Assembly (NCBI RefSeq): GCF_006345805.1
Contig: NC_043003.1
Location: 87,358,001-87,422,000, forward strand
Reading direction: 5' to 3'
DNA length: 64,000 bases
Origin: Octopus sinensis
Taxonomy: Eukaryota
Shown: one piece after another, positions 38,181 to 50,428 of the stretch
Position numbering within the stretch: position 1 is the first letter of the stretch
How the letters are laid out: the number at the start of each line of letters is the position of its first letter
Program-made: the position numbers and the translations under genes
The notes under the pieces: generated by a model
What the model was told of the DNA's origin: nothing
What the model saw: only the letters and a program-made list of their open reading frames with translations
The model's database searches: none

Positions 38181-38700
38181 AATAATAATAATAATAAACA
38201 TTGTGTACAGTGCTCAGGTGCACTACAACTCATCTAAAGTGCATATATAATCAGGTGTAGTTTCGACGGATTTCGGAAAGCATGAGGGCCTTAAAGGATG
38301 CAGTGTCATGGCAGTCAACAACTGACGCAGGCAGTTTGTTCCATGCTTCAGCAACTCTGAGCGTGAAGAAATGTTTCCGAAAGTCATGGGAGCTGTGTTG
38401 TTTTCTGACTTTGTAGGCATGTCCACGTGTGTTAGACACATGGAGATCAAAAAGGTGTTCAGTGTTGTTATTGGTGAGGTGGTTGACAACTTTGTGGGCG
38501 TTCACCAAGTCCGTCGCCAGACGCCGGAGCTTCAGTGAATCCATGCCCAGGGAAACAAGGCGCTCAGAATATGGTAGGTGTCTGATGGAGGGTATGCGTT
38601 TGGTTTGCACGTCTCTGAACCGATTCCAGGAGGTCAATGTTCTGAGCAAGATAGGGGTTCCAAACTGATGATGCGAATTCCAAAAGCTTGCTTCCGAACT
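38181..38700 (-). mobile_element. CR1-clade LINE 3' end (different subfamily, longer 5' part)
   Basis: ..TKRIPSIRHLPYSERLVSLGMDSLKLRRLATDL...; (ATT)n tail. Explains the 3' half of ORF 38251..39081. Confidence 0.9.
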
Positions 38701-40142
38701 ATGTAGCTTCAGCCACACTGAGTAATAACATGGACAATTGTCCCTTTTATAGATCTGGAGTGCCTTGCAAGTAGATTTGGTAGATGGAAACTGAAGGAAT
38801 CCTATCATATAAGCAATGCGGTTTGATTTCAGTCTTCCTGGAAAAACATGTCTAGCCAAAGTAAAAAAAATATTACTTTGCTTGGAAACAGATAAGGGTT
38901 GATGACAGGAAGTGCATCCAGACACAGGAAATTGACCCCAACAGATTCCACCTGACCCATGCAAGCATGGAAAATTGGATGTTAAAACAATGGTGGTGAT
39001 GATACTGCAAATAATTTTCAGATCATTTCCATTATAACCTGCCCAAAACCTACCTGGGTAATCTTCACCCCTTGAGTCCACCAGAATGCCATGCCTAACA
39101 TAAAATTACCTCCAATTTTTTTTAGTACCACAACCTGCTTAATAATGAACCATATTTTATGCAACCCCCTTTCAAAAAAGGCCACCCATGCCTACTCTAT
39201 AGCCATGCACAGTTTATATTACTTCATGTTTAGTGTATTTTGGTGGCAGTCTTAATTCTTGTTTTTTTTTACTGTTTCTGATAGTTTAAAAAAATATTTT
39301 TTTTAAGAAAATGCAGTGCAAAATAACATATTTTACAATAGGCACAGGAGTGGCTGTGTGGTAAGTAGCTTCCTAACCAACCACATGGTTCTGGGTTTAG
39401 TCCCACTGCGTGGCATCTTGGGCAAGTGTCTTCTGCTATAGCCCCGGGCCAACCAATGCCTTGTGAGTGGATTTGGTAACGGAAACTGAAAGAAGCCTGT
39501 CGTATATATGTGTATATATATATGTATGTGTGTGTATATGTTTGTGTGTCTGTGTTTGTCCCCCTAGCATTGCTTGACAACCGATGCTGACGTGTTTACG
39601 TCCCCGTCACTTAGCGGTTCGGCAAAAGAGACCGATAGAATAAGTACTGGTCTTACAAAGAATAAGTCCCGGGGTCGATTTGCTCGACTTAAGGCAGTGC
39701 TCCAGCATGGCCGCAGTCAAATGACTGAAACAAGTAAAAGAGTAAGAGTAATCATCATTTATCCTTTTCTCATATATAAAAAAAAAAAATCTGAAAATTT
39801 TTCAGCAACTTAAACATTGCTCAGATGATTTACGTCAAGACACATTCTTTGTCTTGTGCTCACATGCCTTCTTTTTAAAAAAATCTTTGTTCTATAACAT
39901 GTAAGTTTCAAGGTCATAGAAAAATTTAGTGTATCATATTTAGTTTAGTTTTTTTTTATTATTCCATTTTGTTCCTCTGTTTGTCTTTTACTTTATCATG
40001 TGCAAATCTTTAATATTTCTGTGTTTGTTTCACTCCTTCAAAGATATATGAAATACGTGACCCTTTAGGACAATATTTGATCCTCTCCCAACAGCCAGTA
40101 GTTAACCAATATATTCCAATATCATCTTGATTAACAACTTAC

Positions 40143-40279
40143 CATTTCACAATAAAATCTTCAAACTCTTTGGAAAATGTGCCTGGTGGTAAAGTTGGTG
40201 GGTTACCCATGACAACTTCCCTAAGTTGTTGGAAAGGGTTACCACAGCCATAAGGAAATCTACCTGTAGCCAATTCAAT
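40143..40279 (-). CDS. MAP2K6: MKK3/6 exon: IELATGRFPYGCGNPFQQLREVVMGNPPTLPPGTFSKEFEDFIVK(C)
   Basis: 137 nt, tttcag| and |gtaagt, phase 0/2. PFQQL is an MKK3/6-type motif. Confidence 0.94.
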
Positions 40280-40619
40280 CTGAAAAACACAAAACACATA
40301 TTGACTGTTTATTAAAATGCTTCTTTTAGAATAATTATATGACTTGCATGTTTTACACAAGTTAATGATATACCAGCCAAAGAAAAAAAGAATTTTAAAC
40401 TTTCATTTCCTATTATTCTTTTTTTTAAACTGAATCCTGTCTATAATGTCACAATTCACTTGGCCATGGCAAATCTGTTTTATGACTTATTACTAAAATA
40501 ATTTTGATTTTGTGTTTACATTATCACTTCACTTTGTGAAAGTGGATGATCAAAGAATAGTGAGTCAATTTCCAGATATCTATCAACTGGAAATACTTTG
40601 AGTGTGCACTCAGAACATT

Positions 40620-40826
40620 TGTGACCGTGTGTGTACCGTTGGCGATTTTTTTTCCTCCTTTTTTTTCCTCTGTCTTCCCTTCTCTGGACCTTTCCTTCTC
40701 CTATGTTTCTGACGAAGAGCTTCGCTCAAAACGTTAAACCCTCCTTCTTTCCTGAGCATCCAATAATACTATATTTGTTCCACGTCCTCACGTTGTGGTG
40801 TTTTTTTTGTGCTTTCTTGTTTGGAT

Positions 40827-40832
<6 letters not shown>
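40620..40832 (+). mobile_element. Single Penelope-like terminus with minimal hammerhead relic
   Basis: gttt-CTGACGA-a-gagc ttc gctc-aaaa-cgt-t-aaac at 40705-40739; ends in (TA)n. Confidence 0.7.
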
Positions 40833-40874
<42 letters not shown>

Positions 40875-43109
40875 GTCATACAAATTATTTAGTTATATAA
40901 AGTTATAACCTTAAATATATGAATATAAAACCATAACTTTTACTTTATCTCAGACTGATAAAATAGTTTCTAATTTAGGTACAAAGTCAGAAATTTGTGG
41001 GGAGGGGCTTACTCGATATCATCAACCCCAATACTTAACAGGTACTTCATTTTATCAACTCAGAAAGGAATTGAAGACAAAGTTGACCTTAGAAGGATTT
41101 AAACCTTAGAAGGAATGGAGAAAAACCAGAAGAAATACTGCATGGTATTATTGGCACTCTAACAGTTCTGCCAGCTTGCAGTGTTTTATAATATTAAATA
41201 AATAGGTGCAGGCAGGGTTGCATGGTTAAGTTCATTTCCCAACCATGAGGTTCACAACCATGTGATCCCATTTCACGGTGTCTCTACCTTAGCTTCAGAT
41301 TTACTTTTATGCTTGAGGGAAATTTGAAAACCAGAAACAGCGTGACAGCCCATTACAGGTAAGTGTGTGCATATGCACTGGTAAAGGGTTGCTATGTTTT
41401 AATATGGATAAATCATATAAATTGAACATTATATGGTATTTATCATGTACAAGTTAAATCCCTTTATGCACAGGAAGAATTACTTGTTTCATGTACAGAA
41501 ATTAATGAAATAAACACCAGTATTTTGCAGATATAATTTCACTAAAATCTCTAAAAGAGGTGCCCCCAGCATGGTTGCAGTTCAATGACTGAAACCAGTA
41601 ACAATAACAGTATCTCTTATCTTTTGTTTCAGTCATTAGCTATTTTTTATCAGTCTCCTTCACTGAACCACTAGGTTGCAGGGATGTAAACACACCAACA
41701 CTGGTTGTCAAGTAGTGGTAGAGACAAACACATGCACAAATATATGACAGGCTTCTTTGTTTCCATTTGCCAAATCTATTCACAAGGTTTTGGCTGGCCC
41801 AAGGCTATAAGGGGAAGACGCACTTGCCCAAGGTGCCATGCAGTGAGACTGAATCTTGAACAATGTGGTTGAGAAGCAAGCTTATCTTATCACACAGCCA
41901 CACCTATAATTAACTTTTGATATCAACAATTAGTAATAATTGCAATTATACATAATTGATAAATAACCATGTTATTTTCAGGGATAAGACATAGATGAGA
42001 ATTGTAATACTCTTGTGATTTTCAGAGACATTTGTGAACTGGAATGGCTCTGAATGAAGAATTCAGAAAAATCAAAGGACTCCATTCAATAGAAGCATAC
42101 TTTGCTAAAATGGCACGTAAAAACCACCAACCGATCGTGGCCGTTGTCAGCCTCCCCTGGCACCTGTGCCGGTGGCATGTAAAAAGCACCATCCATACGT
42201 GGCCGATGCCAGTGCCACCGTGACTGGCTTCCGTGCCAGTGGCACGTAAAAACCAGCAACCGATCGTGGCCGTTGCCAGCCTCCCCTGGCACCTGTGCTG
42301 GTGGCATGTAAAAAGCACCCACTACACTCACGGAGTGGTTGACGTTAGGAAGGGCATCCAGCTGTAGAATCACTGCCAGATCAGACTGGAGCCTGGTGCA
42401 GCCTCCTGGCTTCCCAGACCCTGGTCGAAACGTCCAACCCATGCTAGCATGGAAAACAGACGTTAAACGATGATGATGATGATGTCTAACAAAGGTGCAA
42501 GACCATACAATTAAGGGCAAAGGGACATAGTAAATAATAATGTTCCCAATACCCAACTGTTATTATACTGCCTGGAGGGGTGAAAAGCCAAGTTGACCTC
42601 AATGCTATTTGATCACCAAATGCAAAGGGAGATAACTAAGTCCTGCAAGGCATTTTGCCCATCAGTTTACTGATTCTGTCAATCCTTTGCCAAAAAGTAT
42701 CAAATAATAAAAAGAGGAATCTCAAGAATATGCTAAATAAAAACAGCATTAAAAACGGAATGCTAATTCTTTCATAATCATAGATTCCATAATGCTGATA
42801 CTTAACTGTAGTTTTTATGGTTCTTAGCAGTTGAAGAGGAAAATGCCCTCTATGCCAGCTTATCATCAATAAACTTCTCCAGGTGTGGCTTTGTAGTAAA
42901 AAGTTTCCCAACCACACAGTTCTGGGTTCAGTCCCACTGCATGGCACCTTGAGCAAGTGTCTTCTACTATAGCTCTGAGCTGACCAAAACCTTGAGTGGA
43001 TTTGGTAGACAGAAACTGAAAGGAGCCTGTAGTATGTATATACATATGTATATGTGTGTGAATATGCATGTGACATTGTGATAGTTGTAAATAATTGTCC
43101 ACGTCATAC

Positions 43110-43895
43110 AAGCAGCATAATTTCATTTCCAATATTCTGTGAGACCATTTCTGGCGACAAGGAAAAATTACCTTGCTTGGAAACAGTTGTGGATTGGTGA
43201 AAGGAAGAGCATCTGCAGTAGAAAATCTACCTCAATAAGCTCTTCTAATTCATGCAGGCATGGAAAAGCAGACGTTAAAATAATAGTGATGGTGATACCT
43301 TTCCTTCTTGGGACACAAAACTCTACTTGTGAAGACCTGTTGAGGCAAGTGAAAATTGAAATCGAAATCGATCAACATCAATGGAAATTGCAGCTGTGAT
43401 ACCAGTGCCGGTGGTACATAAGAGAACCATCTGAACGTGGCCGTTGCCAGTGCCGCCCCGACTGGCCTCATGCCAGTGGCACGTAAAAAGCACCATCCAA
43501 TTGTGGCTGTTGCCAGCCTCGCCTGGCCCCCGTGCTGGTAGCACGTAAAAAGCACCATCCATTCGTGGCCATTGCCAGCCTCGCCTGGCACATAAAAAGC
43601 ACCATCCGATCGTGGCTGTTGCCAGCCTCGCCTGGCCCCCGTGCCGGTGGCACGTAAAAAGCACCATCTGATCGTGGCCGTTTGCCAGCCTCGTCTGGCA
43701 CCTGTGCCGGTGGCACGTAAAAAGCACCCACTACACTCACGGAGTGGTTGGCGTTAGGAAGGGCATCCAGCCGTAGAAACATTGCCAGATCAGACTGGGC
43801 CTGGTGCAGCCTTCTGGCTTCCCAGATCCCAGGTGAACCGTCCAACCCATGCTAGCATGGAAAGCGGATGCTAAACGAAGATGATGATGATGATG
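43110..43895 (+). mobile_element. RTE 3'UTR repeats with a six-unit GGCACGTAAAAAGCACC array
   Basis: Units of about 52-65 bp between 43408 and 43727; (GAT)n tail. Confidence 0.85.
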
Positions 43896-44341
43896 ATATA
43901 AACTAAAACACACTTTATAGTTAGGTAAACCAAATAGAGATTTAATATGGACAGTAGTCTAGTGTCTTTGACAATATAGCTTTCAGGTGATATTACCTGC
44001 AACATTTTCTATTTAACTAGACCCATCAAGCGGAGTAAAATTACAGTCATGGCAGATATCAGTGTCACACAAATGACACCTGTACGGGTGGCACATAAAA
44101 GCACCCATTACACTCTTGGAGTGGTTGGCATTAGGAAGAGCATCCAGCTGTAGAAAACCATGCCAAATCAAACTGGAGTCTGGCACAGCCTTCCAGCATG
44201 CCAACCCAGTCAAACTGTCCAACCCATATCAGCATGGACAACGGACGTTAAATGATGATGACAAAACTTTAATAACAAAATCATATGGACCCCCAAGGGT
44301 CGTACAGACCCCAGTTGAGAACCACTGATTTAAGGTCTTAC

Positions 44342-44419
44342 CATAGTAATTCCTAAACTCCAAACATCAGATCTTATATCATAACCTTTTCCTGAAACTG
44401 AAGGGTTGATTCTTTCAGG
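44342..44419 (-). CDS. MAP2K6: MKK3/6 exon: PERINPSVSGKGYDIRSDVWSLGITM
   Basis: 78 nt, tttcag| and |gtaaga, phase 0/0. Continues MA|PERI and supplies SDVWSLG. Confidence 0.94.
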
Positions 44420-44929
44420 CTGAAATATAAAAATAGAGAAAAAAAAACAACATACAGATTTTGTTTTTATAATGAAGAAAAAATAATTTTACAGTTTTTC
44501 ATAAATTAAATAGAACACTGATTTTTTTAATGTTATTTTCTTCAGACTGTCACACAGAACCTGTACAATCAAACTCATTTGTAATAAAACATTTTAACAT
44601 AATTGAAAGCACCCACTACACTCATGGAGTGGTTGGCGTTAGGAAGGGCATCCAGCCATAGAAACATTGCCAGATCAGACAGGGCCTGGTGCAGCCTTCT
44701 GGCTTCCCAGACCCCAGTTGCACCGTCCAACCCATGCCAGCATGGAAAGCAGGCGCTAAACGATGATGATGATGAAAGGGGTTTCAAGTGTAATGTTCTT
44801 CTACTATTGGCATCGTCATCATTTAATGTCCCATTATTAAATACAGACATCCAAGCCTGCATCTACACTCACACAAAAAAGCTATCTGAACGATTGTCAT
44901 AAAGTTGTTTGTCAACACAATCCAACCTC

Positions 44930-45190
44930 AATCACAGACATGCTATCTCCAAACTGCATTTTCTACCCCCATTACTACTATGGTTTTTGCTCCTTATAGT
45001 ATATGTCGCCTCCATTTAGACATGCCTAATTCATTCATTCCTCCTCTTATCACCCACATTGTGCCTCCTCCATCCTCACACTAACCACTATACTCAGTCC
45101 TTCCTTCCCAGAATGTTATGTCTCTGGAATTCGCTCTCTGCTTATGTTTCTCTTGCAATTATCAAGAAGCAACTGCTTAAGAACACTGTA
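44930..45190 (+). mobile_element. Old L2/Crack-like LINE 3' fragment
   Basis: HTNHYTQSFLPRMLCLWNSL resembles the RT....SF.PR....WN.L C-terminal motif. Confidence 0.55.
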
Positions 45191-45272
45191 ACTGAATTGA
45201 TTCCATTGGTATCTATCAAAAACTGCAGGCGAAGTTTCTACCACCGCTATATCCATTTAAATAATAATAATA

Positions 45273-45523
45273 ATAATTGGTACATTGGGAACTGTAAGCA
45301 AAGATATAGACAAATGGTTGAAGGAGATTGGAATAGAATGCCCTGTAGAGCTTCGACAGAAAGTTTGCCTCTTTGGGACAGGAAAGGTTATCAAGAGGGC
45401 CTTAAGCACTTGAAAGACTATTGAAAGATTGTGGATACCTAAGGTTACAGATAGTAACCCAGCTACCCACATAAATTATACCAAGAATAAGAATGTACAC
45501 GAGTCAAATCAATGATGATGATG
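45273..45523 (+). mobile_element. R4/Dong-like non-LTR retrotransposon 3' end
   Basis: IIGTLGTVSKDIDKWLKEIGIECPVELRQKVCLFGTGKVIKRALST* fits the restriction-like endonuclease C-terminus (IGALG....LQK....GT..I.R.VL); flanked by (AAT)n and aat(gat)n. Confidence 0.75.
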
Positions 45524-46011
45524 AGAATATAATTAGCTTATAGTAAGCAGTGCTCAAGTGCAACACAGGTAATTGAAAAAGGGTTCAAGACAAGACAGAA
45601 AGCGATAAGTAAAGAAAGAGAGCAACGAAAGCCAAAAACTCATGCAGAGTACATGGAATAAAACACACAAAAGTGAACAGTAGAAGAGCTATAAAGAAGG
45701 GCAGCATAGGGACATCAAGAGTAGTGCTGATAATTTACAGGAAGAATGAAACTTTTGAAGAATCTAGTGTTCTGATAGCTAACAATTGAAGTGTATTCCA
45801 TACTTTGGTCATTTTGAGTGTGAAAAAATGCTTTCCAAAGTCATAGATCAGCGTTTCTCAACCATTTCCCCCCCTATGGACCCCTTTGATTCCTATTTTA
45901 CACAGATGGACCCTCATAGCCATTCAATGTTTAAGAAATCCTATTATATTTTTATAATTAAATATTATTAGGAATTGCATAAAAGATTGTTAAAATATTT
46001 TATGTATTGTA

Positions 46012-46598
46012 CAGGGTGCCACAAAGTCTGGGTACATGGAATGAACACCTTACTTCCCTGGGCATGGACACATTGAAACTCCGACGTCTGGCAGCTGACT
46101 TGGCAGACACCCATAAAATTATCAACCATCTTACAAACAATAACTCTGAGCACCTTTTCGAACTCCACCCGTCTAACACCCGTGGACATATTTACAAAGT
46201 CAGAAAACAGCACAGCTCCCATGACTTTAGGAAACATTTTTTTTCATGCTGAGAGTTGCTGAAGCATGGAACAAACTGCCGGCATCAGTTGTTAGTTGTC
46301 GGAGCACTGCATCCTTCAAAACTTCCATGCTTTCTGAGATTCGCCAACACTACACCTGATTTTCTCCCCTCCATACACACACAAGCATGTATCTGACTCA
46401 TACATTGTTCGCTTTCCAGACATTTGCACATTACTGCACATACTTTATACGCACTTTCTGACAAGTTGTGGTGCACCTGAGCACTGTATACAATAATTTC
46501 ATTATTATTATTATTATTATAAATAATTAAATATAAGAAATAATAATTTCTTAAAGTATGTGCTAATCCCCATGTACCCAGACTTTGTGGACACCTTG
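46012..46598. mobile_element. Tc1/mariner-like MITE
   Basis: TA|CAGGGTGCCACAAAGTCTGGGTACATGG...CCATGTACCCAGACTTTGTGGACACCTTG|TA. Confidence 0.85.
46040..46519 (+). mobile_element. CR1-clade LINE 3' end nested in two MITEs
   Basis: Near-identical to 21475-21957. Confidence 0.9.
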
Positions 46599-47169
46599 TA
46601 CAACAAATTTATTGCTGATAAATTTTAACAATAAAATCCCATATGGACCCCAGTTGAGAACCACAGATATAGATGTGCCGTCTTTTGATTTTATAAGCAT
46701 GTCCATAGGTGACAGAGATAATCTCCCAGGAAATTAGTGGAGGTATGTGGGATGTCGAAGAAAAAGGATTGATAATTATGAGATAAGTTTGTGCAGGGTG
46801 ATGCGAGTTGAATTTTAATATTTTAATCAGGGTGACACTTCTGACAGGCTTTATTCAAAATGGTTTAACTGATCTTCGATCAAAATACACAAATTTTTAT
46901 TTTATAAATTTTATCAACAGACTCCACACAGGTACAAACATGCTTATTACACATACAATACATATAATGCTCTAGACAGAAAGACAGGCAAGCGAGCGCA
47001 CACACACAGACACACACACACACAAGAAAGTGGCAGCCTTCATCATTATGTGCAAAGCTGGCAACAGGCAGTAAAAATTAAGTTGGAAAACCTGCAGACA
47101 TGGAAATAAAAGAAGTTGATGATGGTGATAATTAAAGTAGTGATGATAGTGGAAAAAATTTCTACTTAC

Positions 47170-47349
47170 TGCCATATATGGTCGACAACCAGCATCTCTG
47201 GTGTTAGCAAGAGAATCTACTAGGTAGCCACTGATGCCAAAATCACATATTTTGACAAACCCCAATCTGTTAACTAAAATATTTGATGGTTTAACATCCC
47301 TGTGGATTACCTGGAGGTTCTGATGGAGGTAATGCAATGCACGTACCAC
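47170..47349 (-). CDS. MAP2K6: MKK3/6 exon (catalytic and activation loops): [60 protein letters not shown]
   Basis: 180 nt, ttgtag| and |gtaagt. [11 protein letters not shown] and SGYLVDS are intact. The ORF-track ORF 46972..47349 reads through the donor into intron. Confidence 0.96.
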
Positions 47350-47559
47350 CTACAATGGAAAAATTAAATATTTAGGTAAACAACAAAATGAAAAGGAACA
47401 GAAAGTTTGTACCTATCATTCAACATTTAGTTTTGCATCGCTGTTGATGAAAATTATAATGGGGGGGGGGGGCAATGAGTAGTTGTGTAGTAAAAAGTTT
47501 GCTTCCCAAATACATGTGGCAGAAATTTTGGAAACGACATGCTGTACTGCTTGGCATTT

Positions 47560-48050
47560 GCACCGGAAGCTCCAATATGAACAGATGGTGAATACACAGA
47601 ACAACTGTTGGCTTGGCTGTCCCCAAAACATGTATCAAGAGTGATGAAAATCAAACATCCAGCCAACATCAAGGTGCTTGGAGTGATCACTAGTGATGGC
47701 GACGTTATGCATCCATTTCTCTTACCACACAGCCTCAGACTCAACACAGAGGCCTACATCAAGTGCCTGGAGGAGGTAGTGCTGCCCTGGTTCAAGAGGG
47801 TGGCTGCTGGAAGAGCCTATGTCTGGCAACAGGACTATGCACCATGCCACATAAGTAGGAGAGCCCAGTCATATCAGTCTGACAATTTCTGTGACCACAT
47901 CACCACTAATATCTGGTCACCTTAACCACCCCAGACTGAAACCTCCTTGATTATTATGTGTGTGGATCAGTTGAGTGAGAGACCAACAAAACTCCTTGTA
48001 ACACCAAAGATGAACTGAAGGCAAGGATTATTGCAGCATTCACCAACTTA
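47560..48050 (+). mobile_element. Degraded Tc1/mariner transposase, probably DD37D (maT-type)
   Basis: KHPANIKVLGVITSDGDVMHP...VLPW.KRVAAGRAYVWQQDYAPCH...DNFCDHIT.NIWSP then a frameshifted PD..LLDYYV. Confidence 0.8.
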
Positions 48051-48935
48051 CTTTTGGTATTGATATTATTTGGTATGTTTTACATTAATTAATACAGCTG
48101 TCAAAATTTTTGCAACAAGTGTAAAGAAATTTAATGGAATTTCTGTTAAAATTTTTATGATAGTTATATTTTTTACTAAAATTAAATGAAACTAACTTAA
48201 AAACAATTCTTTGGCTATATTCTAGCATTTAAGTTAAAAACTGGATTTATCTAATTCAACAACCTACACTAGGAAGCTACAGGTTTAGATAACATATTTT
48301 ATCCAATCCAAAAACATGTTGCAACTAGATGCTTCATTACAGAAATGTAATGATTTTTCAAAAGCTGTCACATTACATAGATAGCCATCATCTTTATGTC
48401 TCTTTCCAGCTCCACCCTGATTACTCCCACTCACTCTTGTATTATATGAGTAGTCATGTATCTCCTCTACAAGAAACCTGTTCTGCCTCCAACCACCATC
48501 TCCTCCTAGCCACCTCTTTCTCTACTGCAGTACCACTCAGCTGAAGAAGATCTTAGTCTGTGAGTTAGTGGTGCCATGAAAAAAGCACTAGTTCACTCTG
48601 TAAAGTAGTGGTTGGTGATAGGAAAGGTATTCAGCTGAAGAAACCATGCCAAAGCAGATACTCCAGTCTCTGCTTCAGATCACAATGCTGCTCTTGGACC
48701 TGTTGAATCTCATCAAACCATCTGAGCCATACCAGCATGCAAGATTCCCATTAAGACAATGATAATGATACAGGATTATACATACGCATGCACCTACTAC
48801 TTGCGTAACCCACCTTGGATCACCTACTATTAACATCTAACATTCACTCTCGCCATTTTATTCCTGAAAACTGAACTTTGACAGAAGTTTCTAGAGCATA
48901 GCAAGTCTCAAACAGAAATATATAAATGTACTTAC

Positions 48936-49049
48936 AGATGAAGCAATAATAGTAAGAACATCCTCTGGTATATGTGTGTCTGTGTAAACCTTTTTGTAAA
49001 ATTTATCTAATGAGGCATCCATTACTTCCATTAATATCCAAACATCACC
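48936..49049 (-). CDS. MAP2K6: MKK3/6 exon (hinge): GDVWILMEVMDASLDKFYKKVYTDTHIPEDVLTIIASS
   Basis: 114 nt, ttccag| and |gtaagt, phase 0/0. GDVW..ME.MD.SLDKFY and IPED are MKK3/6-type motifs. Confidence 0.93.
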
Positions 49050-49276
49050 CTGGAACAAAAAAATATTTGAAACAATTAAAATTGACTGTTTCTAACGAGA
49101 TTATTAGTATAACGGACATACACTGTTTCAATTAACAATATATACAACTGATGTCCCTAAAATAGAAGATACACTAAATACAGGATAAGGACTTCTCATT
49201 TGTAGTTCTTTACAATGTCTTTTGGATGAAAAATTAACACTAAAATCAAGCATTTTCTAAGGAGAGTAATGAAGCT

Positions 49277-49616
49277 TAGGAGGCGCAGTGGTCTAGTGGT
49301 TAGGGCAGCGGTCGTAGGATCGCGGTTTCGATTCCCACACCTAAAGCTCCACGAGGCTCCGGCAGGGGATGGTGGTGATCCCTGCTGTACTCTTTCACCA
49401 CAACTTTCTCTCACTCTTACTTCCAGTTTCTGTTGTACCTGTATTTCAAAGGGCCGGCCTTGTCACTCTCTGTGTCACGCTGAATATCCCTGAGAACTAC
49501 ATCAAGGGTACATGTGTCTGTGGAGTGCTCAGCCACTTACACGTTAATTTCACAAGCAGGCTGTTCCGTTGATCGGATCAACCGGAACCCTTGTCGTCGT
49601 AACCGACGGAGTGCTT
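49277..49616 (+). mobile_element. tRNA-head SINE (same head as 33733-34435, different tail)
   Basis: ggaggcgcagtggtctagtggttagggcagcg...cacctaaagctccacgaggctccggcaggg, then a tttcaaagggccggcc tail. Confidence 0.8.
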
Positions 49617-50394
49617 CTAAAATGAAGCTTAGAACTTTATATGACCTCCTGAGATGAAATCAGATAAGGTTTGATCCCAGTTTCATATCAAATGTTAATT
49701 TCTTTCAACATGGCACAAGACCGATATTATTTTCTATATTTTAAAATATACTCATAAATTCGATAATTGATTGTGTGCTTATTACTGGAGATAAGGTTAC
49801 GATAATTGTTGTGGTGATGATTCCCATTGAGACAGAAACATGGGTTCTTGAGATTTATCTCCCTTGCTCATATGAAGCTGTTCTCAACTGCCATTTGGCA
49901 ATTGTGATACATTTTCCAGAAGCAGAGATAATTTTAATAAATCAAGTCTTGATGTTGTATGGTATTTGATGTACTACAAATATATATACAACAAGCTTCT
50001 TTCAGTTTCTGTCTATGAAATCCATTCACAAGGCTTTGGTCAGCCTGGAGCTATAGTAGAAGACACTTGCTCAAGCTGTCACACAGTGGAATTGAAACAG
50101 AAACCGTGTGGTTAGAAAGTGAACTTTTTAACTATAAGGTCATAGGAAAAACAATAAGAGTTTGAAGGAAAGCATCCAACTACCTCTAAAACTGAGAGAA
50201 AAATGACTAAAGAAAACAAGAAGTGAGAGAAGAAAGAAGCAAGCTGCCCTCTAGGTAAAAGCAGCAGCAGGTAGGAAAGAAGGCCAAGAAAACAGAAAAG
50301 GTGAGAGAGAGAGAGAGAGAGAGAGAGTGTGTGTGTGTGTTGCAGATGGTGCAAACAGATTATTGCTGTGAACATACATTAACAAGAACAATAT

Positions 50395-50426
<32 letters not shown>

Positions 50427-50428
<2 letters not shown>

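Larger units (their letters stand above)
45849..46666. mobile_element. hAT-like MITE (outer shell of a triple nest)
   Basis: CAGCGTTTCTCAACC...GTTGAGAACCACAG; TSD TCATAGAT / ATATAGAT. Fragments of the family near 26063 and 44285-44327. Confidence 0.75.

Noticed and set aside
38251-39081. 276-aa ORF, the longest in the track
   Set aside because: Chance fusion of a (GAT)n-type repeat remnant and unique DNA with a CR1 3' end.
43408-43727. CRISPR-like repeat-spacer array
   Set aside because: Spacers are homologous to each other, the array is part of a dispersed LINE 3'UTR, there are no cas genes and the context is eukaryotic.
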